A stretch of DNA of 64,000 nt from an uncultured Chloroflexia bacterium (GTDB taxonomy: Bacteria > Chloroflexota > Limnocylindria > Limnocylindrales > CSP1-4). The notes under the pieces were generated by a model. That model searched no databases. It was given only the letters and a program-made list of their open reading frames with translations, and was not told the origin of the DNA. Position 1 is the stretch's first letter. Each line of letters begins with the position of its first letter. The stretch is taken from the NCBI GenBank assembly GCA_963780425.1, contig CAWABZ010000001.1, positions 13,084-77,083 on the forward strand, read 5' to 3'. Positions 31,042 to 41,822 of the stretch are shown piece by piece. The position numbers and the translations under genes were made by a program.

Positions 31042-32956
31042 TCACGCCGGAACGGCCTCCCCGAGCTTCTCGATACGGATCGCCGTCGCCTTGAATTCCG
31101 CGGTTCCGGACTTCGGGTCGGTCGCGTCGATCGTCAGCAGGTTCGTCGCCACGTCGTCCTGGAAATGGAGCGTCATGAAGGTCAGGCCCGGCCGCAACGA
31201 CGGGTCGATCCGGATAGGTACCTCGACATGCCCACGTCGAGAGACTGCACGCACGCGCTCGCCATCGGCCAGACGATATGCCTCGGCGTCTTCCGGAGAG
31301 ATATCGAGGGACTCGCCCCGCCGCAGCGGCGAGGTGTAGCCGGCGGTCTGGACGCCGGTGTTGTACGAGTCGAGCCGTCGACCGGTGGTCAGCCGGATGG
31401 GGTAATCGTCGGTCAGCTTGTCGACCGGCGGGTCATGGTCGACCGGCACGAACGGCGCCCGGTTCCCCGGCACCGGGTCCTCCCACAACCGACTGTGGAG
31501 GAATAGCTCGCCGGGATGGGTCTCGTCGTAGCACGGCCACTGGATGCCGCCCAGCTCCTCGAGCCGCCTGTAGGTCATCCCGGCATGGACCGGCGAGAGC
31601 GACCTGACTTCGTCCCAGACGGCCTCTGCCGACGAATCGCCCCAGTCGGAGCCCATCCGCTTCGCGAGCTCGAAGATGATCTCGAGGTCGTCGCGGGCGC
31701 CGTCGGGCGGGTCGACCGCCTTGCGGACCCGCTGCACCCGTCGTTCCGAGTTGGTGACCGTGCCCTCGCCCTCGGCCCAGGCCGCGCTAGCCGGCAGGAC
31801 GACGTCGGCGAGCTCGGCGGTCCGGGTCAGGAACAGGTCCTGGACGACCAGCATGTCGAGGCCCTCGAGCAGCCGAATGGCGCGCTTCTGATCGGCCTCC
31901 GACTGGACCGGGTTCTCGCCGATGCAGTAGACGGCGGTCAGCTCGCCTCGCTCCATCGCGTCGAACATCCCGGACAGGTGCCAGCCGCGCGTCGGCGGGA
32001 TGGTCACGCCCCAGGCGGCGTCGAACTTCGCGCGGAGCGTGTCGTTCTCGACGTGCTGGAAGCCGGGCAGTCGATCGGGGAGGGCGCCCATGTCGCCGCC
32101 ACCCTGGACGTTGTTCTGGCCACGGAGCGGGTTCACGCCACTCCCGTACCGCCCGACGTGGCCGGTCAGCAACACGAGGTCGATCAGCGACAGGACGTTG
32201 TCGACCGCGTTGTGGTGCTCGGTGATCCCGAGGGTCCAGCAGATCATCGCCCGCGGCGCCGTCGCGAAGGCATGGGCGAGGTCGCGAATGGCCTCGGCCG
32301 GCACGCCGGTCTCGCGCTCGGCGTAGTCGAGCGTGTACGACTCGACCTTGGCCTTGTAGGCGTCGAAGTCGGCGGTCGCGCGCTCGATGAACGCGCTCGT
32401 CGTGAAGGCCGGCGGCGATGATCTCGCGCCCGACCGCGTTCGCCAGGGCGATGTCGCTGCCGACGTCGAGGCCGAGCCAGCTGTCGGCCCATTCCGCGGA
32501 GGACGTTCGACGTGGGTCGACGGCGTAGAGGCGCGCGCCCTTGCGCACCGCCTTGAGCACGTGATGGAAGAAGATCGGATGCGTCTCGCGGGCATTGCTG
32601 CCCCAGAGGACGATCAGATCGGTGTCCTCGACCTCACGGTATGAACTTGTGCCGCCACCGGCACCGAACACGGTCGCCAGACCGGCGACGCTTGGGGCGT
32701 GTCAGGTCCGGTTGCAGCTGTCGATGTTGTTGCTGCCCAGCACGACCCGGCTGAACTTCTGTGCCGCGAAGTTGACCTCGTTGGTCGCCTTGCTGCAGCT
32801 GAAGGTGCCGAACGTGGTCGGGCCGTGGGCCGCTTTCGCCGCCTGGAATCCGGCGACCACGCGGTCGAGTGCCTCGTTCCAGGTGGCGGGTCGCAGCTCA
32901 CCGCCTTTCGCGTCACGGACCAGTGGCTGGGTGAGCCGAACGTAGGGTTTCGCCAC
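31042..32956 (-). CDS. fdhF: Selenocysteine-containing formate dehydrogenase catalytic (molybdopterin) subunit; UGA at 32704-32702; frameshift near 32400
   Basis: NNIDSCNRT-UGA-HAPSVAGL in frame, GSNARETHP, PLRGQNNVQG, LTTGRR, EFKATA. Confidence 0.9.
32673..32689 (-). promoter_or_regulatory. Bacterial SECIS hairpin
   Basis: GUCGCC-GGUCU-GGCGAC beginning 12 nt after the UGA; loop and position resemble the E. coli fdhF SECIS. Confidence 0.85.
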
Positions 32957-33106
32957 TCAGGTGCCTCTTACGGATGACGACCGCCCGAGTGTACGCCGGG
33001 CACGATCGGGGCGACGCGGTTGAGCAATTCGTACCCTTGACGGGCGACCGGGTGGGACCCACCCTTCCGCTCGACCGCCGATGGGCAGTGGCGGTCGAGG
33101 GGAACG

Positions 33107-33667
33107 ATGACCAGCGACGCCGTCACCATCGACCATTCCGAACCAGCTCCGCTCTACTGCTATCGACATCCGGACCGCGAGACCTACGTCCGATGCGGTC
33201 GCTGCGACCAGCCCATCTGCATGGGCTGCGCGATGCAGGGTCCGGTCGGCATGCGCTGCAAGAAGTGCGGCACGCCCTCGCGCGATCCGCTGACGATGAT
33301 GACGCCACAGCAGCTGGCGTTGGGTGGGTTGGTGGCGATCGGCGCCGGGACGATCGGTGGGTTCATCGGCATCCAGATGGGCTTCTTCCTCGCGTTGTGC
33401 CTCGGGCCCTTCGCCGGGGGATTCATCAGCGAGGCGGTCCAGCGCGTGACCGGGTATAAGCGCGGCGTTCGGATCAAGGCACTCGTCCTGGGCGGCATCC
33501 TGGCCGGCGTGTTGATCGCGGCGGCCGTCTACGTGCAGATGTCATTCGGCGCGTACGTCGGTGAGGAGGGGGCGCCCGGGATGGAATTCCTGTACACGAC
33601 GGTGCTCACCGGGGCGCTCGTCTATGTGGTGGCCGCGATGATCGGGGCGTATTCGCGGCTTCGCTAG
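33107..33667 (+). CDS. B-box-like zinc-finger membrane protein (rhomboid N-terminal-type finger, no protease domain)
   Basis: CYRHPDRET..RCGRCDQPIC..C..GPVGMRC..C followed by four TM helices. Confidence 0.75.
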   Translation: MTSDAVTIDHSEPAPLYCYRHPDRETYVRCGRCDQPICMGCAMQGPVGMRCKKCGTPSRDPLTMMTPQQLALGGLVAIGAGTIGGFIGIQMGFFLALCLGPFAGGFISEAVQRVTGYKRGVRIKALVLGGILAGVLIAAAVYVQMSFGAYVGEEGAPGMEFLYTTVLTGALVYVVAAMIGAYSRLR

Positions 33668-34714
33668 TTCAGGGCCACCCCCGCGCCTGACTCGACCCCA
33701 CCGACCTGCCACGTCTCGACGCCTTCCGCGTTGAGCCTGGCGATCAGCGCCCCGACCTGGTCGCCCGCGACCGCAGCGAGCAACCCGCCGCTCGTCTGCG
33801 GGTCGTGCGCGAGCGCGACGCAGCTCCGGCGCGCACGTCGGCGGCGACGCCCAGCGCATCGGTGACGAAACGGCGGTTGTGGGTCGCGCCATCGGTCTCG
33901 ACTCCCGCGCGAGCCATGTCGAGTGCGCCCGGGAGCACGGGCAGGGCCGCCGCATCGAAGACGAGCCGTGCCCCCGACGCGCGCGCCATCTCGAGTCCGT
34001 GGCCGAGAAGCCCGAACCCAGTAACGTCGGTCGCGGCGGTCACGCCGTTCGCCACGAGCACCTCGGACGCGGCCCGGTTGAGGGTGCGCATCCCCTCGAT
34101 CGCGGCGGCCAGGTCGGCCGGATCCGTCCGCCCTTGACGCGAGCCGCTCACCAGCAGACCCGTGCCGAGCCGCTTCGTCAGGATCAGGGCGTCGCCGGGT
34201 CGCGCCCCGCCCTTGCGCAGCAGGCGGTCGGGATGGCCGCTCCGATGACCGCGAGCCCGTACTTCGGCTCGGGGTCGCGGATCGTGTGGCCGCCGGCGAG
34301 CGTGCCACCCGCCGCTCGGACCGTGTCGGACGCGCCGCCGAACACCTCCGCCATGATGTCGCGCGGCAGCTCCTCGGGGAATGCCGCGATCGACAGCGCG
34401 AACAGGACGCGGCCACCCATCGCGAAGACGTCGCTCACCGCGTTCGCGGCCGCGATCTCACCGAACGTCCGGGCGTCGTCGACCAGCGGTGGGAAGAAGT
34501 CGAGCGTCCCGATGATCGCGAGGTCGTCGCTGACCCGGTACGCGGCTGCGTCATCCGGCGGGTTGAGACCCGCGATCAGCTCGTCCGGCGCCGCCTCGGC
34601 GCCCAACCCGGCGAGCGCATCCGACAGCAGGTCGGCGCCCAGCTTCGCGGCGCAGCCTCCGCAATCGGTCAGCGTCGTGAGGCGCAGGGCCGGGATGTCG
34701 GACAGCGTCGTCAC
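33664..34714 (-). CDS. selD: Selenide, water dikinase, Cys-type (frameshifts near 34240 and 33830)
   Basis: CGGCAAK, DDAAAY, TLDFFPP, AANAVSDVFAMG, GGHTI, TDVTGFGLLGH, DPQTSGGLL. Confidence 0.92.
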
Positions 34715-34778
34715 CCGGCGATGATAGGCGTGCTCGTGCGTCGGGTCCCCGTTTCGCGGCCACGATTACCATCGTGTC

Positions 34779-34875
34779 GGGAGCGGTCGGGTCCCGGTGG
34801 GTCCCCCGGTCTTCAAAACCGGTGACGCCGCGCTCGGCGTGGCGTGGTGGGTTCGACTCCCACGCGTTCCCGCCA
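34779..34875 (+). tRNA. selC: tRNA-Sec (anticodon UCA)
   Basis: CCGGT-CTTCAAA-ACCGG anticodon arm, long variable arm, GTGGG-TTCGACT-CCCAC T arm, G discriminator and encoded CCA; TACCAT -10 six nt upstream. Confidence 0.95.
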
Positions 34876-34885
34876 TGGAGGATCG

Positions 34886-36295
34886 ATGTCGTCGAAGCCG
34901 GTCGTCCACCCGCGCCCGCCCAGCGTCGAGACCGTACTCAAGGTATTGCGGCAGCGCCACGGGGAGATCATCGACGACGCCGATGAGTCTGGTGCTCTCG
35001 TCGCCGTCGCGCGCACGACGATCGATGACGAGCGCACCCGTCTCGGTGCGGGTGAGCCTCCGCGGTCGATCGAGGCGATGGCCGACGCCGCGGAAGAACT
35101 GCTCGATCTGTACCTCGATCCACATGCCGCCGTCCCAGAGCCGGTGATAAACGCGACGGGCGTGATCCTCCACACCAACCTCGGACGAGCGACGTGGCCC
35201 GACGTCGCAGTCGAGGCCGTGGGTCTCGCTGCTGGGTGGGGCATGCTCGAGCTCGACCCGGCAGACCGGGCGGCGTGGGCCACGGTTCCACCTGGCGGAG
35301 GACCACCTCGTCGCCTTGACCGGTGCGGGTGCCGCGATGGTCGTCAACAACAACGCGGCGGCTGTCGCCATCGCCGTCGGCTTGGCGGGTACGGGCGGCG
35401 TCATCGTGTCGCGCGGCGAGCTCGTCGAGATCGGTGGCGGCGTCCGGATCCCCGAGATCGTCGAACGTGCGGGAGCGCGCCTGATCGAGGTCGGGACCAC
35501 GAATCGCACACGCACCGCGGACTTCGAACCGCCACTTCGCTCTGGCGACGCGCGGGTCGTGCTGCGTGTCCATCCGTCCAACTTCACGATGGCCGGCTTC
35601 GTCGAGGAGCCTGATGCGGCGGCAGTGGCCCGGCTGGCCCACGAGCACGGCGCGATCGTCATCGATGACCTTGGATCGGGAGCCTTGCTTGACACCGAAC
35701 GGTTCGGACTGCTGCACGAGCCGACGCCGAACGAACGACTGGCGCTTGGCGCCGATGTCGTCACGTTCAGTGGCGACAAGCTCATCGGGGGACCGCAAGC
35801 CGGTCTCCTGGTCGGCCGCGCCGACCTCGATCGAACGACTCCGGCGCGATCCGCTGGCTCGGGCGATGCGTCCGGACAAGGCGATCCTCGCCGCCGTGGC
35901 CGCCACGCTCGGCCTCTATCGGGCCGGTGTCGCCGCGACGGAGATACCCGTGTGGCAGCGCATCGCGACTCCCGCCGACGAACTCAAGGAGCGCGCCGGC
36001 TGGATCTCGCAGATGTGCGCGGCGTTCTTCGCGCCACGCGCCGGCGTCGAGGTCGTTGAACTCGCGTCGCCGATCGGCGGGGGCTCATTGCCCGGGTCAG
36101 ACGGTCCCGTCCTGGGGGATCAAGGTGCCATTCCGATCTGCGACGGATGCGGCTGCGGCGCTGCGCCTCGGAGACCCATCGATCCTGGCACGAGTCAGCG
36201 ACGACGCGGTCGTCTTCGATCTTCGGACGGTCGGCCCTGGTGCCGACGGGGACATCGTCCGGCGGATCGGGGAACTCTCAGCGACCGGCGCATGA
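34886..36295 (+). CDS. selA: L-seryl-tRNA(Sec) selenium transferase (frameshifts)
   Basis: [61 protein letters not shown]. Confidence 0.92.
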
Positions 36296-38066
36296 CCGTC
36301 GTCGTCGGCACCGCGGGTCACATCGATCACGGAAAGACCACGCTGCTGAGGGCGCTCACCGGCATCGACGCCGACCGGTTGCCGGAGGAGCGACGACGCG
36401 GGATGACGATCGACGTCGGCTATCGCGCACCTCGCCCTCGACGACGGATCGACGATCGACTTCGTCGACGTGCCCGGACACGACAAGCTGGTCGGGCAAC
36501 ATGCTCGTCGGGGCCGGCGAGATCGATGCCGCGATGCTCGTCGTGGCCGCGGACGACGGGTCGCGCGCGCAAACGCTCGAGCACGTCGCGCTGCTCGACG
36601 CGCTCGGGATCGCGCCGGCGATGGCGGTCGTGACGAAGATCGACGCCGTCCCGTCGGAGCGGGTCGAGGAGGTGCGCGGGCAGGTCGCCGCGCTCCTCGC
36701 CTCGACCTCACTGACCGGCGCGCCCGTGCTCGCCGCCTCCGGCGTGACCGGCGAGGGCGTGGACGCTGTGCGCGCAGCGCTCGAGGAGCTGCAGGGTCGC
36801 GTACGCCACTCGGCCCGCCCGGCGACCCTCGCGATCGATCGGGTGTTCACGATCAAGGGTCGCGGCGTGGTGGTGACCGGCACCCTTCGCGGCGGGCCAC
36901 TCGCCCGCGGCGAGGACCTTCGACTCGTTCCCGGTGAGCGCAGCGTGCGGATCCGCGAGATCCAGGTCCACGGGACCGCGGTCGAGCGGGTCGGCGAGGG
37001 CGGTCGGACCGCTCTGAACCTGGCCGGCGTCGCCGAGGCCGACCTGCATCGGGGGATGGTGCTGACCGCCGACCCGGCGGTCGCGGCGACCGACCGCGCT
37101 CCTCGCCGCGTTACGGACGTCGGTCGTCGACCGGACCCGAGGGCGCATGCATGCCGGCACGGCAGCCGTCGATGCCACGGTCGGGCGGAGCGGGCGCGAT
37201 GCCCTGACGCTGCCCGACGGGCGAGCCGCCGGGATCGTGCGTCTTGCCGCGCCGATGGCACTCCGGCCGGGCGATCGCTTCGTTGTGCGGCGCGGCGCTC
37301 AGGCAGACCCAGTGGGCGGGGTCGTCCTCGACACCCTGCCTCCGCGCGGGGTCTCCCGGCGACGCCAGACCGTGGAGCGGGTGGCGGCGCTCGCGCGATC
37401 CGGCTGGCGCCGCTGACGCTCGGATCGACCTGCACGGTGCCGTCGACGGCCGACTGGCGGCCGATGTAGCCGTGCTCGCCGCGGATGCGGCGATCGCTGC
37501 CGTCGATCCCGAGGCCCCGCTCGTCGATGGTTCGCAACGCCGTGGCTCGAGCACTGCGGCGGGCGGTGACGATCCGGCGCGATGAGTCGGCCGCCGCCGC
37601 CGCAGCCGTCGTCGACCGGCTCGTCCGAGAGGAGCGGCTGGTTCGCGACGGCGAGATCGTCCGCCGACGCGGTGTGCGTGCCGCGGCCCCCGACCCCGCG
37701 CTGTCGGCCGCGATGGACCGGCTGGAATCGGTTCTCGACGTTGCCGCACCGCCGTCCCTGGCCGACGCGGCGCGCGCCGCAAGCTGTCCGCCCGCAGGCA
37801 TCCGGGAGCTGGAACGGGCGGGGCGCATCGTCATCCTCGACGCGGACCTGGCCTACGCCATGAGCACCTATCGCGACCTGACTGCGCGCGCCCTGTCGAT
37901 GGCCGCGGACGCCCCGCTCACCCCTGCCGCCCTCCGCGATGCCACAGGTACGAGCCGGAAATACGTGATGGCGCTCCTCGAGGACCTCGACCGCCGGGCG
38001 ATCCTGCGGCGGACGCCGGCCGGGCACGTGCCGGGGGCGAAGGCACCCGCCGCCGTCGGGCGATGA
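36292..38066 (+). CDS. selB: Selenocysteine-specific translation elongation factor (frameshifts)
   Basis: [47 protein letters not shown]-terminal winged helix [10 protein letters not shown]. Confidence 0.92.
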
Positions 38067-38647
38067 CCGAGCGGATCGTCGGAGTCGTCCTCGCTGGGGG
38101 TCGCTCCGCACGGTTCGGACGCGACAAGCTCGCCGAGCCGATCGAGGGTCGGTCGATGCTCGATCATGCGATCGCGGCGGTCGAGCAGGTCGCCGGCACC
38201 GTCCTCGTCGTGGCGCCACCCGATTCGGTGCCCGCGATGGCGTCGGACGCGCGCCTCGTCCACGACTCGCATGCCTTCGAAGGGCCGCTCGCTGGGCTCG
38301 CCACCGGGCTCAAGGCGATGGATCCGGGACTCGAACGCATCATCGTGGTCGGTGGCGACATGCCGACCCTCCTGCCCGCGGTCCTGCGCCGACTCACCGA
38401 CGCACTGGACACGCACGAGGCGGCGGTGCTCGCAGACGACGCCGGTCCGCGACCCCTCCCGATCGCGCTTCGTCGGTCCGCCGCGGCCCCGGCCCTCGAG
38501 CGGCTGCTCAGCACGGGGGAACGGCGGCTCCGCGCCCTGCTCGTCGAGCTGGATGTCGTTGTCGTCCCATCGGCCACGTGGCGTCAGGACGACCCCGAGG
38601 GTCTGACGCTGCGCGACGTCGATGTCCCCGGCGACCTTCCGCTCTGA
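38063..38647 (+). CDS. mobA: Molybdenum cofactor guanylyltransferase
   Basis: LAGGRSARFGRDK, EGPLAGL, GGDMP. Confidence 0.88.
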   Translation: MTERIVGVVLAGGRSARFGRDKLAEPIEGRSMLDHAIAAVEQVAGTVLVVAPPDSVPAMASDARLVHDSHAFEGPLAGLATGLKAMDPGLERIIVVGGDMPTLLPAVLRRLTDALDTHEAAVLADDAGPRPLPIALRRSAAAPALERLLSTGERRLRALLVELDVVVVPSATWRQDDPEGLTLRDVDVPGDLPL

Positions 38648-38650
38648 CCG

Positions 38651-39091
38651 CTACTCCCTGGGGAAGGCGATACGGCCGTCCTCGCGGATCGGCCAGAACG
38701 GGTTGAACGCGATTTCCCAATGGTGGCCGTCGGGATCGGCGAAGTAGCCGGAATAGCCACCCCAGTCGGTCTCGACCGGCGGCTTCACGATGCGCGCGCC
38801 GCGCTCCTCGAGCTGCCCGAAGATCGCGTCGACATCCTCGCGCGACCGGGCGTTATGGGCGAGAGCGACCCCGTCGGACGTTGCACGACCGTCGACGGCG
38901 ATGCCGATATCGGCCGCGAGATCCGTGAACGGCCAGAGCGCGAGGATGAAGCCACCGAGGTCGAAGAAGGCGACGCCGTCCTGATCGGACGCGGGCGTCC
39001 AGCCGACCACGTCGCGATAGAACGCGACCGCGCGAGGCAGATCCTCGACGCCCAGCGTGATCAGCGTGATTCGCGGCTCCACGCGGGGCAT
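38651..39091 (-). CDS. VOC/glyoxalase family protein
   Basis: ITLITLGVEDL..A..FY, AHN, WGGYSGYFADPDGHHWEIAFNP. Confidence 0.9.
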   Translation of the reverse strand: MPRVEPRITLITLGVEDLPRAVAFYRDVVGWTPASDQDGVAFFDLGGFILALWPFTDLAADIGIAVDGRATSDGVALAHNARSREDVDAIFGQLEERGARIVKPPVETDWGGYSGYFADPDGHHWEIAFNPFWPIREDGRIAFPRE

Positions 39092-39106
39092 CGTACGGCA
39101 GACACA

Positions 39107-39139
39107 CGACGACCCCCGTTGGAGGGACGGGGGTCGTCG
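39107..39139 (-). terminator. Intrinsic-terminator-like hairpin after the small ORF
   Basis: 13-bp perfect stem CGACGACCCCCGT / ACGGGGGTCGTCG, followed on the minus strand by TGTGTCT. Confidence 0.65.
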
Positions 39140-39169
39140 CGGGTATGGACGGAGCTAAGGGAGGAGGCC

Positions 39170-39379
39170 TTAGCTCCGGTTGGGCGAGTCGTCGAGCTTC
39201 GGAAACAGCGTGCCCCGGTTATCGGTCGGCATCGCCAGTGTGGCGATGCGGTTCGACGCAGCGGAGCGGATCCGCTCGAACAGGGACGGGTGGTCAACCC
39301 GGTAGCGGCGATGCTCGGCGGCTTCGTCGAGCAGGCCTTGCAGGTGTGCGTTCACGTACAGGATCGCGAGTGCGTTCAT
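39170..39379 (-). CDS. Small hypothetical protein (69 aa)
   Basis: MNALAILYVNAHLQGLLDEAAE..; AGGAAGGAG RBS upstream and terminator downstream. Confidence 0.6.
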   Translation of the reverse strand: MNALAILYVNAHLQGLLDEAAEHRRYRVDHPSLFERIRSAASNRIATLAMPTDNRGTLFPKLDDSPNRS

Positions 39380-39510
39380 GGCTTGATCGCTCCTTCCTGC
39401 GTCTTCCGGTCTCTCCGGTGCGCAACTGAAGCATCGCGGAACGAGCGCGCTGTCGACACCGACGTCCGATGCCGAAACGACATCGTCATCCGTCCATGCC
39501 GGACAGTCGC

Positions 39511-41167
39511 TCAGCCGCCGAGCTCGCTGGTCTCGTAGACGGACACGCCTTCGACGAACGTGCCGATCACGCTCGCATCGCCGATCGCGCCGGCGCCGCG
39601 GTCGAATAGGTCGCGGTCGAGGATCGCGATGTCGGCGAGCTTCCCGACCTCGAGCGTGCCCGTGTCCTGATCGAGATGGTTCACGTAGGCCGAACCGATC
39701 GTGAACGCCGCGAGCGCGTCGATCAGGTCGAGCCGCTCCTCCGGCAGGAGGACACCCCGGTCCCCGGCGTACGACGCGGGCGCCTGGCGCTCCACCGCGA
39801 TGTGCATCTCCCAGATCGGGTTCGCGCTCGAGACGCTCCAGTCCGAACCCATCGCGAGCACGGCTCCCGCGGCTCGAAGCGAGCGGAACGGGTACTGCCA
39901 GCGCCACCGCTCTCCGAGGAACGGGATCGTCAGGACGTCCATCTGATCGTCGTGGGCGGCCCACAGCGGCTGGGCGTTGGCGGCGACGTCCAGCTGCCGG
40001 AAACGCGCGATGTCGTCCGGGTGGATGACCTGGATGTGAGCGATGTGGGGCCGCGTGTCGGACGGACCGTTGGCGCGTCGAGCGGCCTCCACGGCATCGA
40101 GAGACGCGCGCACCGCCCGGTCGCCGATCGCGTGGAAATGGGGCTGGAAGCCGAGTGCGTCCAGCTGCGGCACCCAGCTCGCGAGCCCGTCTGGGTCGAT
40201 CTGGAGCAGGCCGCGGTTGTCCGTCGTGCCGTCGTGGCCGTCCGCCATACGGCTCGAGCATCGCACCGGTGAAATTCTCGAGGACGCCGTCCATCATCAA
40301 CTTGACGCTCGTCGGCGCGTACCGCCCGATGGCCGTCGCGCGGCGCCGCTCCACGAACTCCTCGATCTGCTCCGCTCCGCGGCTGCGCTCCCACCACAGT
40401 GCACCCACGACTCGTCCTGTGAGCTCGCCACGCGACGCGAGCGCGACATAGGCGATCTCCTCGGCCTCCGGTCGGATGATCGCGTCCTGCCAGGCTGTGA
40501 TGCCGAACCCCTGCAGGTGCCGCTGGCCCAGGCGGAGGGCTTCCTCGAGCTCGGCCGGCGTGTCGTCGGGTAGGAACTGGGCCACCAGATCCATCGCGCC
40601 TTCGTGCAGCGTCCCGCTCGGAGTGCCATCCGGGTCGCGTTCGATGCGCCCGTCGGATGGATCCGGTGTCGCTGCCGTCACACCGGCGAGCTCGAGCGCC
40701 TTCGTGTTCACCCACGCCCCGTGGCCGTCCCGGTTCGTCAAGTAGACCGGGCGATCCGGGACGATCCGGTCCAAGGCCTCCCGACGCGGCGTCCCGCCAT
40801 CGAATGCCGCCATGTACCAGCCGCCGCCCCGGATCCACGCCGCGTCCGGATGTGACTGCGCGTATGCCGCGATGACATCGAGCCCAGGGCCGGACTGCGC
40901 ATCAGCGTGGAGGTCGCAGCGAAGCATCGCGAGGCCGCCATGGATCGGATGCACGTGGGCGTCCTGGAAACCAGGCGTGACGGTTCGGCCACGGAGGTCG
41001 ATGACGCGCGTCTTCGGTCCGACGTGCGCCTTCGCGGCGCTGTCCGGTCCGACCATGCTGATCCGGCCGCCAGTCACAGCGAGTGCGCTCGCCCAGGATC
41101 GGGCGCTATCCATCGTGGCGATGCGGCCACTGAGGAGGACGAGGTCGGCGTGCTGGTCGGTCGTCAT
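39511..41167 (-). CDS. Amidohydrolase, YtcJ-like (frameshift near 40250)
   Basis: PGFQDAHVH, DGHGAWVN, KLMMDG, HFHAIGD, IAHIQ, GSDW, GTLEVGKLAD. Confidence 0.9.
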
Positions 41168-41243
41168 GCAGGCGAGTCTCGCAGCGTCGCGCGAGGCGGC
41201 TCGCCGGCATCCCGCACCATGCGACGCGCTAGCATCGCGAACC

Positions 41244-41792
41244 ATGACCACCGTCCACCTCCTGCACGCCGGCTACACCGGCGAGCGCACCGCGTCCTCG
41301 ATCACCTTGGTCCGCGACGGGGACGCGCTCATCGTCACCGACCCTGGGATGGTCGCGAACCGCTCACGGATCCTCGATCCGATCGCAGAGCTCGACGTCG
41401 CCCCGGGCGACGTGACCCACGTCTTCCTCAGCCATCACCACCCGGATCACACGATGAACGTCGCGCTGTTCCCCAATGCAGAGGTCGTCGACTTCTGGGC
41501 GCGCTACCGGGACGACCTGTGGCTCGACATGCCGGGCGACGGCTACCGCTTGTCGCCCAGGACGCAGCTGTGGCTGACTCCCGGCCATACCGGTGAGGAC
41601 GCGTCGTTGATCGTCGAGGCCGAGGACGGGGTCTATGCGATGACCCACCTGTGGTGGCACGCGGATCGCTCGCCTGAGCTCGATCCGTACTGCGACGACC
41701 AGGCAGCGATCGAGGTCGGTCGTGCCCGCGTACTGGCGATCGCCGACGTCGTCGTCCCCGGCCACGGAGCGCCCTTCCGGGTCGAGCGCTAG
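41244..41792 (+). CDS. Metallo-beta-lactamase fold protein
   Basis: SHHHPDH, TPGHT, VVPGHG. Confidence 0.88.
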   Translation: MTTVHLLHAGYTGERTASSITLVRDGDALIVTDPGMVANRSRILDPIAELDVAPGDVTHVFLSHHHPDHTMNVALFPNAEVVDFWARYRDDLWLDMPGDGYRLSPRTQLWLTPGHTGEDASLIVEAEDGVYAMTHLWWHADRSPELDPYCDDQAAIEVGRARVLAIADVVVPGHGAPFRVER

Positions 41793-41822
41793 GAACCGGC
41801 TCACACTGGCCGGCGATCCGGA

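Noticed and set aside
33664-34714. Selenocysteine in SelD
   Set aside because: The active-site motif is encoded as CGGCAAK with Cys codons; no in-frame UGA.
24740-38647. Prophage, ICE or IS element at the tRNA-Sec locus
   Set aside because: No integrase, transposase or duplicated tRNA 3' end was seen; selC is in its normal selD/selA context.
39170-41251. 693-aa amidohydrolase with long C-terminal extension
   Set aside because: A frameshift near 40250 joins the amidohydrolase N-terminus to a shadow frame and to the separate 69-aa ORF.
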